Below are positions 53,560-64,000 of a DNA stretch of 64,000 nt, piece after piece (the first letter of the stretch is position 1; the number at the start of each line of letters is the position of its first letter). The stretch lies in NCBI RefSeq assembly GCF_963921235.1, contig NC_086108.1:100814001-100878000 (forward strand). Reading direction: 5' to 3'. The DNA is from Mobula hypostoma. Its lineage: Eukaryota. The translations under genes were made by a program, and so were the position numbers. The notes beneath the pieces were generated by a model. The model did not search any database, was not told the origin of the DNA, and saw only the letters and a program-made list of their open reading frames with translations.

Positions 53560-54033
53560 TGAATAGATCTTTTGACACAGTTTTATTTTGGCAATGCTGT
53601 ACATCACTTTCAACATTTAATTAAGCACATGTAATTTACAAGTTAAGTTCCATATTTCTGGCAATAAGAAAGTTTTAGAAATATAGGGACATTGTATTCA
53701 AGTTGGTTTAATAAAGAAATGCTTTTTCAATCACTAATATGCAAAAATGAAATATTAAATAGAAAACGAAGCTGATACTTTTTAGCAAATAACATTCATG
53801 GCACAAAAATATTTGAAGTTTTCAAAAGCAAGGGAGTCATATTGGCTTGGACAAATGTAGCAACCAACATGCCTGTTTTGCCATACATGTAACTCACATG
53901 GTCCCAAATGGTTCAGGGACAAATTATGTGGAAGACATTTCATAAACTGTTTTATACAAAGTTAGCTGCAATTAAATATCGCAATTACAACCAATATTAT
54001 TATTATTTTTTTTTAAGATGGGCAGTGACATGT
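53560..54033 (-). promoter_or_regulatory. SH3GLB1: Probable SH3GLB1 3' UTR with AATAAA polyA signal at 53582-53587
   Basis: AT-rich, repeat-free sequence after the stop codon. Minus-strand AATAAA is followed about 30 nt later by a GT-rich tract (GGTTGTGTGCTTGG). The cleavage site is approximate. Confidence 0.55.
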
Positions 54034-54141
54034 TCAGTTCAGCAGCTCCAAATATGTAATGGGGACTTTTCCTTTCTGATTCCCTCGTTCACTCATCAGC
54101 CAATCAGAGTCCATTCCAGGCAGACTATAGACAGTGATCAC
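54034..54141 (-). CDS. SH3GLB1: Endophilin-B1 terminal coding exon (second half of SH3 domain)
   Basis: Not in the ORF track. Reads tttttttag|GTG ATC ACT...CTG AAC TGA, 108 bp, encoding VITVYSLPGMDSDWLMSERGNQKGKVPITYLELLN*. It joins the upstream exon in phase 0 and matches the endophilin-B1 C-terminus. Confidence 0.95.
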   Translation of the reverse strand: MITVYSLPGMDSDWLMSERGNQKGKVPITYLELLN

Positions 54142-55048
54142 CTAAAAAAAATAACCCATTGTTTATTATTCTGCAGGCTGTGACAAAGCTAAAGAAAGAA
54201 TCATTAGAGAAGATGCATATAGGAGAAGGAAAAAGGGATCAATTGGAGTGAGGGGAAAAATTAAGGAAATATTTAAAAATTCAGAGAATATAATTACATC
54301 CTACCTATAGAGCAATGGAAGAACAAAGCTGTTATACAGTATACAGATCATTTATAATTGAAATATATTGATCGGAACACTCAACAAGCAGTAGGTTAAT
54401 AACCTTTCATCAGAAATGAGAAGTGTTGGAAACATACTTTCATACATTGCCTTTATCAGAATAAAATGTCCTACAGTGCTCCACAGCAAGATTTCAGAAA
54501 TATTCCATAGGAGATTAACCAAGCCTTCACTGAACTACACTAGGTAAATTCAAAGAAATTCCTTGAGGACATGAGGGGGAGGTGATTAGGGAATTCCAGC
54601 ACTTGGCATCGAGGGAGTGAAATTCAGATGCATGGGGCCTTTCTTCAGTGGGTAAACTTAGGGAAATCAGAGAGAAAGAGTTCAGATTGGATTACAGTTG
54701 AAGGTTTGGGCAAGATAATTAGTGGAAGGTGGAGGCTTCATAAAAGAAGAAAATTGTAGACGGATCTACCAAGTGTCCGGCAAGGTCACGTCAGTGTAAT
54801 CAGACACAATAAGTTTATGGATGGCAAAGGCTTATTCTCAAGTAGTTGGACATTTCAGAGGGAGCTAGCCGCTGAACTAAAAATAACAGAGTCATAGAAA
54901 AGTACAACACATAAACAGGCCTTTCAACCCATTTAGCCCATGAGGAACCATTTAAACTGCCTACTCCCATCAAATTACTTTACAGTAAATTACTTTATAG
55001 TTAGTTCCCAGCATCCTCTTAAACTGGAAGGGTACTGTAACTGTGTAA

Positions 55049-55552
55049 AGGCTGATTTATACTTCTGCATCAAATGGATGCCGTAACCTACACAAGTGGC
55101 CTACGCGCATTGTGAGCATTATACCTGTGCGTTTGTGTGTCTGCGTCGCTCTACAATTCGGGCACGTTGCGCATGCGCACACACCTGCCCGTGCAAGGCT
55201 TCATGGTCATGGTAGTCTTTCTCGGGGTAAACAAGTTTAAAGCGAGCGTCTTTTTTCGTAAAAGCGAAATGTGTCCTCCATAATTTCGGAGGTCTGTAAA
55301 GCTTTATGGAAGCCAGAGTTCCTTCCCTCCCTTCAGTCACCCAATGGGAAGCTATTGCAGCGTAGGAGGAAATGTGATGCTACCAAGCGGACCAATCACA
55401 GTTGTTGCGGTCTGCGTTGCCGTGACGCATAGTTACATTTTGGGAGAGGTGCACATCAGGCTACGGCATAGGGATCAGCATAGGCTCTGCATAGGGTTTG
55501 CGGCTACGCCGTACCTACGGCATCGATATGACGCAGAAGAATAAATCAGTCT
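55049..55552. mobile_element. PIF/Harbinger-type MITE, 504 bp, in SH3GLB1 last intron
   Basis: TIR AGGCTGATTTATACTTCTGCATC and its reverse complement (3 mismatches in 23); TSD TAA at 55046-55048 and 55553-55555. Confidence 0.85.
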
Positions 55553-55611
55553 TAAAGGATGGGACACCTCTTACAAGCCTATTGTTCCATTGACAGTCTT
55601 CAACTGCAGTA

Positions 55612-55830
55612 ATTAAACACAATGGATTCTACAGCTGCTGGAACCAAGGCATCACACACAAAATGAGGGAGGCATCTAGGAAGAATAATGAGTCAACATT
55701 TCAGGTGAGAACCTTCGTCAGGACTCATGAATACCCGACAGTCCTGATGAAGGGTCTTGGCTTGAAACATTCACTGTTTATTTTCCTCTTAGAAGCTGCC
55801 TGACCTGCTCAGTCCCCCCAGCATTTCGTT
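55612..55830. mobile_element. Old Penelope fold-back remnant with two degenerate hammerhead motifs
   Basis: Minus motif at 55691-55725 and plus motif at 55740-55776 (agtcctgatgaagggtcttggcttgaaacatt), 14 nt apart. Confidence 0.7.
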
Positions 55831-58800
55831 GCTTCACTGAACTTTTCTCGACCTCTTCTCTCCTTCTTTCTGTGGCTTGTTATATTTATCCCCGTCATAC
55901 GATGTTTGAAGAAAATGAGTAAATTAAGCTTTTATCCAATGAATTGGAATCAAATAAGAATGCAAATTTCTCAACATGGTTTCTTAGAGTATGTACAATT
56001 GACTGAGTTACAAAAATAAAGTGGACAAGTTAAAAAGAAATAACTTGTGTGCAAAGCTTTCAAAACATTCTGAAACAAAATGCTACTGGAACTGGAAGCA
56101 CTGAGCAGAACTGTTAACTGCCTTGGAGAGACAAAGCAAATGAATGCTTCAAAAGGGACATCAGCCTGTATTCTCAAATTTGGCAGTAACTCACATATTC
56201 TGGCCAACTGAGCATTTAAGGATTTTTCTGCATTTAGATTCATAGCATCTGCTGAAATAATGTCCTTACTCAGATGGGCCATATCCAGGTATTATTGCCA
56301 AGTGACCAAAAGATTACATCCTCAAGTAATTCTTCAAAACTAATATCAAAAAAAAAATATTGAGCTGAAAGGGCTTGCAGCGAGCACTTTTGGGACACAC
56401 AGGGTTTTTAAAATCAGGAGTGGGAATATTTCAATTGAAGCACCAAATATTCTTAATTATTTTTTAAGTTAAGAGTACAGTGTGTGCAACATCAGTGACT
56501 ATATTTGAATGCTTTGTCCACTGACATTCGGTTATATACACCAGCTTTTACTGAAGTACCATTCAGAACTCAATCTATTCAGTTGCTTTACCCATACATC
56601 TTATTGAGAAAATGAACAATTATCTTTCAGTTTTATGAACCATTTGACAAGTAGCTACTCATAGGCAGTTAACATACAGATTGCTGCATTTTTAGTTGGA
56701 GCAATGTTTAGAGGTTAATTGAAACCAACTGAAATAGAATTGTTAACATTCAAGAAAATGACTAAAGTGGCTTTCTAGGGCCAATAATGATATGAGAGGA
56801 TAATAATAAGAAAAAAAATCACTGGACTGAGTTCCTTGGCCTATTGCACACATATTCACTAAAAAAAGAACAATTTCTCCTAATCCCACTTCCCAGCTCT
56901 GTTCCAGGTCTTGTAGGTAAACACATGACATAGAACCAGAAGACCCTGCAAATGCTCATCATTTGCCAGACAAAATCTGTGAGAGTTACCATTTCACGCT
57001 GTTGACTTTCCTGAAGTCACAAGTCTGGCTTCCCCCACCTTTATAAATTCTGGCTTCTTACCCCTTCCTTTCCAAGCTTGAAGAGTCTCAGCCTGAAACA
57101 CGTTCTCTTTATTCCTCTCCATAAATGCTGCCTAAGCTGCTGAGTTCCTCCAGCATTTTGTGTGTGTGTGATTCTCACCTCATAGATGTTGCCTGACTAG
57201 TCCCCTCCAGCATTTTGTTTTTGGTTTTCTGAGATCCTACAGCATTTTATTTTAGAGACAGAACCTTGTTAATTGTGATGCAGCCTCTAATACTTTTAGG
57301 GAGATGGCCCTCGATTATACTTCAAAAGGGATATTTGCTGCCCAAGTCCCAAACTTGCACTTTGTTTCCTTGCTATCACCTCATGTGCCCTCCGCAAACT
57401 CCTCAGTTGCAGCACACTAACCTCTCCCCATTAATCCTCATACACCTGAATTATTAAACTGGCCCTTGTCTTTGTGAGGCACTAGTATCTTATCCTCTTA
57501 ACAACACAAATAGAAATGAGAGTTAGCTATATGGTCCTTCAAATCTGCTCAGCCATTCATTAAGATTTGAAAACTTATTTCCTCTCCCCTTCTCCCCTCT
57601 CATCAGGCAGATACAGACATGTACCATCAGTCTGAAGGACAGTTTCTATCCCACCATTAAGACTACTGAAAGGCAACACTTGTATAATAAAGTGGACCCT
57701 TGATCTCACCATATACCCCACGATGGCCCTTGCACCTTATTGTCTACATCCACTGCCCTTTCCCTGTTATTCTGTTACTGCCTTTCCCTGTGTTTCATGC
57801 CATCCATTCATTTCATTACATCAAAGTACTGATGTAATTAAATGATTTGTATGGATGACATGCAAACAATTTTTAAAGTGTACTATAGTACGTTATAATA
57901 ATTAACCATTTACCAATCTGAATTATGAATGGGCTCCTTGAAGTGGTAGAGGCAAGTATTCTCCAAGACATTTAAGCTACTTCTTCCCACCCCTGACAGC
58001 CAGGTTTCCACAATTGTCAAAACACCTGATGAAAGGGCAACCTATCCCTCATTGTGATCCACTACCTTTACAGTGTCACACAACAACCCACCATCCCCCA
58101 AATGGAATTATACTCACCTAGTTACGTTCTTCACTGTTAAACCACAAATAATCATCACCAAACCTTTGCTTCCTATGTGTGCATTGTCACTTCTGGGATC
58201 TGAGCATCTGTGGTGGGGCCCTTCCTGGTTCTCAGCCACTTACTGTTTGTCGTGTGATCCCAAGAAGAATTTCTTCCCCCCACCCCACCCCCAAACATGT
58301 AGGTCATCCAGCTTTTCCTCACCATACCTCTCTCAATTGAAACCTGCCCCACCTCCAAGTTGTTATATGCCTTGTCAATTCCGCCACTGTCTGCACCTTC
58401 TTCCCGTAACCACGCAAGTCCACTCTGGGCGCCCGGGTTTCCTCCCACATTCCAAGGGCATGCGGGTTTGTAGGCTGATTAGACACAGTCACGTAATTTG
58501 GGGGTGGGGTGGGGTGGGGATGGGCTCATTGGGCTAAAAGGGCTTGGTACTATGCTATATCTCTAAAGAGACAATGTCAAACACTAGAGCACATGCATTT
58601 AAATTAAGAAAGTTGGTGGGGGGGGTAGAGTTTAAGATATGTGGGGTGTTTTTTAAAAAAAAAATTTCACACAGTAGTAGGTGACTGGAACTGACTACCG
58701 GGGTAGTGGTGGAAACATATGACAGTGACTGTTAAAAGAGACATGCACAGAATATGCAGAGAAAGCAAGGTTATAGATTATGTACATGCAGAGGGGATTT

Positions 58801-58874
58801 AGTTTAATTTGGCAGCATGTTCAGCAGTGGCATGATGGGCTGAAGGGCCTGTGCTGTACTGTTCCATAAACTGT

Positions 58875-59180
58875 CATCATTTGGCGTGTCATATGATGCA
58901 GGCAATCAATAGTCTCCATGACCATGACCGCTCCTGGCAAACTTTTCGACAGAAGTGGTTTGCCATTGCCTTTTTCTGAGCAGTGTCTTTACACAACGGG
59001 TGACCCCAGCTATTATCAAAGCTCTTCAGAGATTGTCTGCCTGGCATCAGTGAGCACATAACCAGGACTTGTGATACGCACTGGCTGCACACAAGACTAT
59101 TCATCACCTGCTCCCATGGCTTCACCTGACCTTGATTGGGGAGGCTAAGCAGGTAGGACACCTTGGCCAAGGGTAGCCAC
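58875..59180 (-). mobile_element. RTE-related SINE-like element
   Basis: The minus strand has AAAGGCAATGGCAAACCACTTCTG, resembling the motif shared by BovB/Bov-A and Sauria SINE. Confidence 0.55.
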
Positions 59181-59259
59181 ATCTCCACCCTGCCACCCAC
59201 AAACTGTACCCAATAAAGGAAATTTGGAAAGAGATACGAAAGGCACACTACCTCTAAAG

Positions 59260-59335
59260 CAGAGGTTCCTAATTTTCATGCCATGGATCTCTACCATTAA
59301 CCGAGGTGTCCGTGGACCTCAGGTTGGGACCCCTG
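59260..59335. mobile_element. 76 bp hAT MITE
   Basis: Termini CAGAGGTTCC...GGGACCCCTG; 8 bp TSD ctctaaag/ctccaaag. Confidence 0.75.
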
Positions 59336-59464
59336 CTCCAAAGGAGCTTTGTTGGTTATTGGGAGAGAGAGCGCAAGGACAAAAATACAAAGGAAATGAT
59401 GTTATTCAATGACAAGGTTGTTCTTTTTTTATTAAACGTACAATCAAGTAGATACCTTACTCAC

Positions 59465-59681
59465 CTCATCGGCCAGAAGTGACAACTCACTGCTGTCTGC
59501 AGCATCGTAATCGTAGAGAACTCTAGCTTTTCTGGTGCCACTAGATGACAGCTTGTAGTCAGTGGTTATTGGATTGTTTAGAGTGGACAATGGGACTGAA
59601 GATGCAGAAAGTGGGGGGCCGGTGTTGGGCATAGCTGATGCTGAGGTAGTCTGATTGTTGTTGGAAGAAAAAGTCGGAAAG
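59465..59681 (-). CDS. SH3GLB1: Endophilin-B1 penultimate coding exon (linker plus first half of SH3 domain)
   Basis: Minus strand reads ttttctag|C TTT CCG...GAT GAG|gtgagt. The exon is 217 bp (1 nt + 72 codons) and encodes FPTFSSNNNQT...SGTRKARVLYDYDAADSSELSLLADE. The SNNNQT and YDYDAA motifs fit endophilin B1 better than B2. Confidence 0.93.
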
Positions 59682-60179
59682 CTAGAAAATAAAAGTGTTA
59701 ACATGAATGCAGAGGAAAAGCCACAAATTAAGACACATCATACTGCCTTAGCCCTTTTAAATTAGCTTTGGCAACATGTTACAAGTGGTAACAGGTATGA
59801 GAGGATCAGATATCAGTGATATCACCAGTCAAAATATACCAAGTTATGGTATTTACAGTTTTGAATGTTTAGATTTACAACACGATATGTAAGCAAAAGG
59901 TTGTCTGCGGGCTTAATTACATTTCAGGTATTAGAGGAGCTAGCCAAATACTGTCAGCAGACAAGCCCATCTGTAGGATAGATCAAATTCCAAACTGCTG
60001 CTACATCATGAGGGGTATAGACAGGATGAATGCACTCCCCCACCACATCCAGGGTTGGGGCATGAAGAATTAGAGGGAATCAGTTTAAAGTGTGAGGGGA
60101 AAGATTTAATAGGGGCAGTTTAAAAAAAATATACACAAAAGATAGGAAAAGGGAAGAGGTCCTGAAAAAAGAGTACAGG

Positions 60180-61236
60180 GTTAGGAAGGAAGTTGAGAAG
60201 CAGGACCGCAAAGGTAATAATCTCGGGATTATTTACCGCCTGTGCCACGCGACAGTGAGAATAGGAATAGAATGAGGTGGAGGATAAATGACTGGCTAAG
60301 GGATTGGAGCAGGGTGCGGGGATTCAGATTTCTGGATCACTGGGACCTCTTTTGGGGCAGGTGTGAATCGGGTTGCACTTGAATCCCAGGGATCAATATC
60401 CTGGCGGGAAGGTTTGCTAAGGCTACTGGGGAGAGTTTAAACTAGAATTGTTGGGGGGTGGGAACCGAACTGAAGAGACCGGGGAAGAGGAGGTTGGCTC
60501 ACAAATAGACAGTGCGAGAGGGAGGATAGGCAGGTGATAGAGAAGGGACGCGTTCAGACCGAAGGTTTGAGATGTGTCTATTTTAACGCAAGGAGTATTG
60601 TGAACAAAGCGGATAAGCTTAGAGTGTGGATCAGTACTTGGAGATATGATGTGGTGGCCATTACAGAGACTTGGATGGCTCAGGACAGAAATGGTTACTT
60701 GAAGTGCCGGGTTTTAGATGTTTCAGAAAGGACAGGGAGGGAGGCAAAAGAGGTGGGGGCGTGGCACTGTTGATCAGAGATAGTGTCACGGCTGCAGAAA
60801 AGGTGGACGTCGTTGAGGGATTGTCTACGGAGTCTCTGTGGGTGGAGGTTAGCAACAGGAAGGGGTCAATAACTTTACTGGGTGCTTTTTAATAGGCTGC
60901 CCAATAGTAACAGTGATATCGAGGAGTAGATAGGGAAACAGATCCTGGAAAGGTGTAATAATAAGTGTGGTCGTGATGGGAGATTTTAATTTCCCAAATA
61001 CCCATTAGCATCTCCCTAGAGCAAGGGGTTTAGATGGGGTGGAGTTTGTTAGGTGCGCTCAGGAAGGTTTCTTGACACAATATGTAGTTAAGCCAACAAG
61101 AGGAGAGGCTGTACTTGATTTGGTATTGGGAAATGAACCTGGTCAGGTGTTAGATCTCAGTGGGAGAGCATTTTCTATCTCCTTTACAATAGCATTGAAG
61201 AGAGATAGGAACAGACAAGTTAGAAAAGCATTTAAT
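60180..61236 (+). mobile_element. CR1 LINE ORF1 end (esterase-like) and ORF2 endonuclease start, in SH3GLB1 intron
   Basis: ORF1 peptide GFRFLDHWDLFWGR; ORF2 peptides CVYFNARSIVNK, DVVAITETW, RGGGVALLI and PTRGEAVLDLVL. Confidence 0.88.
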
Positions 61237-64000
61237 GGGAGTGCCAGTGCGCATGCGTATGGATTGGACGTGTTTGGTCAGTGCTCCTCTCTGAGGCCTC
61301 GATAAAATTACTATTATACCTTATTTTATTTATTCATGGGCCAACAGTGTGCGTTTACTCTCTTTATCTAAACTAAGTGTATGGAAAAGTTTGACAATGC
61401 CTAAGGCAAACAAAGCCAAGACCGCCGACTGCCAAACTACTGGTGCTGGTGCTAACAACGGGCCTGTAAATAACTTCCTTGCGTCTGAGATACCGCCGGA
61501 CAAAACTTACGCCACGTGCAAGGAATTAGGCTAGGAGATCTTTGTGTCAGTTCTGCACGGCATTAACGACTGCTTTGTTGGTTTTAAGACCAAGCTCCAG
61601 ACACTTGTCCAGGCCGATCTACAAGCCCATGTGGCTAATCAAGAACTAACCGCTAGCGACCTTGAAGCACGCGTGCAGGAGCTTGAAGCTAAGTACTCAG
61701 AGCTAATGAGACAAAATAGCCAGCTCCAAGCTAAAGTGCCTGACTTAGAGGCCCATTCCCAGACACATAACATTAAGATTGTAGGGATACAAGAGGGTGA
61801 GGAGGATGGTAATCCCATTGAATTTGTTTCCAGTCTGATTCCCAAGTAGCTCGGGGAAGAGCATTTCTCGCACCCGGTTAAAGTTGATTGTGCTCTCTCC
61901 AGCCAAAGCCGGCCACCAGCACTAAGCCGCACACCATCTTGGCACGTATCTACCGTTTTCAAGTGAAAAAGCTGATCTTGCACCGCAGCAGACTATGACC
62001 CATGGAGTACAAGGGAAACAAGGTCTTGATCTTCCTGGACTATACCAGTGAGGTGATGACTCAACATCGTGCCTCTCAGGAGGTACTGCAAACTCTGCGT
62101 GATGGAGGAATCAAGCACACTCTGTGATACCTGGCTAGGCTCTATATTTATCATCAAGACGGAGGAGCGCCTATAGTTTACAATGACCAGAAGGAAGCAG
62201 CATGGTTCTTGGAAAGGAATAACGCATGCAAAGGGGAGTAGATATACTGACACTGTTTATTCAGCTTATACTTGTGCGGTTTACATGTTGGGATAAAGGG
62301 AGGGACCTGTTTGCTATATGTAGTTTTACAATGCTGTATGCCGCACTGGGATTTAATTGCAGAGAATGTTTTAAATATGTCTGTTATTATAATAGTTAAT
62401 TTTGAGATTGTGTCATGAATGCCCAGCTTCAGGTGCTGACACTGGATAACTCTCCCTAGCCCTAATAGCATTTTTGCGTTATAAATTTTCTCAGAGAGGG
62501 GGTTTGTGATAATTTTGTAATGTTAGTTACCTGCCCAGCAGCTCCTTTTCGGATGGAAATGGGGAACTATGTGTCTGCTTCAGGGAGACACGAAGGGGGG
62601 TGGGTTAGGGTGTGTGTTGTTCTTATTTATGGCTCAGACATTTTTTTTGTATGTTGTTTTTATGAGGCTGCCAGCCATTCTGCACTGTTTACTATGATTG
62701 TGCTCAACTGTAATAAATCTCTTTTTTTATTCTCATGAGCAGAGGTCTCATGGTAGAACGCAGTTGGGGAGCAAAGATATTACAATAGTCTCGTTGAATG
62801 TTAAGCAGCTTGGTCACGTTGCTAAGAGGGACAAAGTTTTTAGACTTCTCAAATCTCTTTCTGCAGATGTGATTTTTCTACAGGAAACCCATATCAAAGT
62901 AACTGAGCAATGCAGATTGAGGTTTAGCTGGATATCGCAGGCTTACCAGTCACCATTTACTTCTCATGCCCGTGGCGTGGCTATCCTTTTCAGGAAAAAT
63001 ATTCCATTTCAACTCACTTTAATGACCACGGATCCTTTTGGCAGGTATATCATGGCTTCCGGCACCATTAACTTATTTCAGTTAACCTTCCTTAATATTT
63101 ACGGTCCAAACTCAGATGAACCAAATTTTTTTAGGAAAGTTTTTGATTTACTTCTGGATGCCAGTAATTCAAATATAATAAGCGGCGGTGATTTGAATTG
63201 CTACCTAGATTCATATTTTTATAGATTGTCCTCCCACCTGCCCTCAAATATCGTGTCAGTGCAGGTCCTAAACAATTTGATTAAATCTAGGAATTTAGTA
63301 GATACCTGGTGAGTTCAACATCCCACCGACAAGGACTATTCTTATTATTCTCATGTTCACAAATCCTATCATAGAATAGACTATTTTTTGGTTGATTTTC
63401 ATTTAATTTTTCTAGTTACCAATACAAAATATCATAATATTAATCTCTGACCATAGCCCCTTGACAATGTCTCCAAATCTCTCCCTTCCCAAACGAATCT
63501 ATTCCTGGTGTTTTAATCCTTCCCTACTCACTGATAAGAAATTTATAGAAAACATCACCACTAGATTAAAAGATTTTATAGAAATTAACGATAATGGCGA
63601 GGTGTCAGATTCTACACTCTGGGAGACATTAAAAGTTGTAATTCATGGGTATATAATTTCATATGAATCCGCTGTTAAGAGGGAGAGAGAGGGCCGATTA
63701 TTAGAGATTGAGAACACTCTCCCAACCCTCGAAGCGACATACCAGGCCTCGAAATCCTCTGAAGACAATAAGATAATGAAGCTTAAATATGAGTACAATT
63801 GCATTCTGGGTAGTCAAATAAATAACCTCCTCTTAAAATTAAGAGAAAAGCATTTCGAAATGGGGGACAAGCCTGGGGGGCTCCTGGCGCGGCAGCTTAG
63901 GGGCGCCCAGGCCTCAAGGTCAATTCATTGCATTAGATCGAGGGTGGGCACACTGTTAACCAACCCCAAGGAGGTAAATGACTGTTTTAAAGAATTTTAC
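61237..64000 (+). mobile_element. L1-clade LINE 5' part (decayed ORF1, ORF2 endonuclease), runs off the window
   Basis: ORF1 fragments (DLEAHSQTHNIKIVGIQEGEE); ORF2 peptides IVSLNVK, DVIFLQETH, NIYGPN, GGDLNC and RIDYFL. Confidence 0.9.

Noticed and set aside
56743..56931. Possible SH3GLB1 terminal exon (YLQDLEQ)
   Set aside because: No SH3 match; the real terminal exon is at 54034-54141.
59444..59704. 86 aa ORF as a standalone gene
   Set aside because: It is the SH3GLB1 exon plus intronic flanks; the true limits are 59465-59681.

Overview
This is eukaryotic, repeat-dominated DNA, inferred to be from a cartilaginous fish (shark or ray) on the basis of its CR1, V-SINE, Penelope and Rex repertoire. 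The only securely identified host gene is endophilin-B1 (SH3GLB1): its last two coding exons lie on the minus strand at 59465-59681 and 54034-54141, with a likely polyA signal at 53582-53587. Two weaker host-gene candidates are a minus-strand exon at 6220-6429, which could encode a mitochondrial-presequence-like N-terminus, and a plus-strand acidic exon at 37395-37570. Most of the remainder is decayed mobile DNA: CR1, L1, Rex1/Babar, HERO, RTE-related and Penelope retroelements, a full-length but eroded Gypsy provirus, three solo LTRs, hAT, Harbinger and Tigger-like MITEs, V-SINEs and simple repeats. The most notable non-obvious structure is a set of Penelope-derived terminal repeats that carry minimal hammerhead-ribozyme motifs (CTGANGA...GAAAC-GTC). 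Several of these occur as tiny fold-back insertions bounded by 13-14 bp target-site duplications. No prokaryotic-type system, CRISPR array, rRNA or intact tRNA gene was seen. Family names come from recognising motifs by eye, not from database searches, and boundaries of old elements are approximate.
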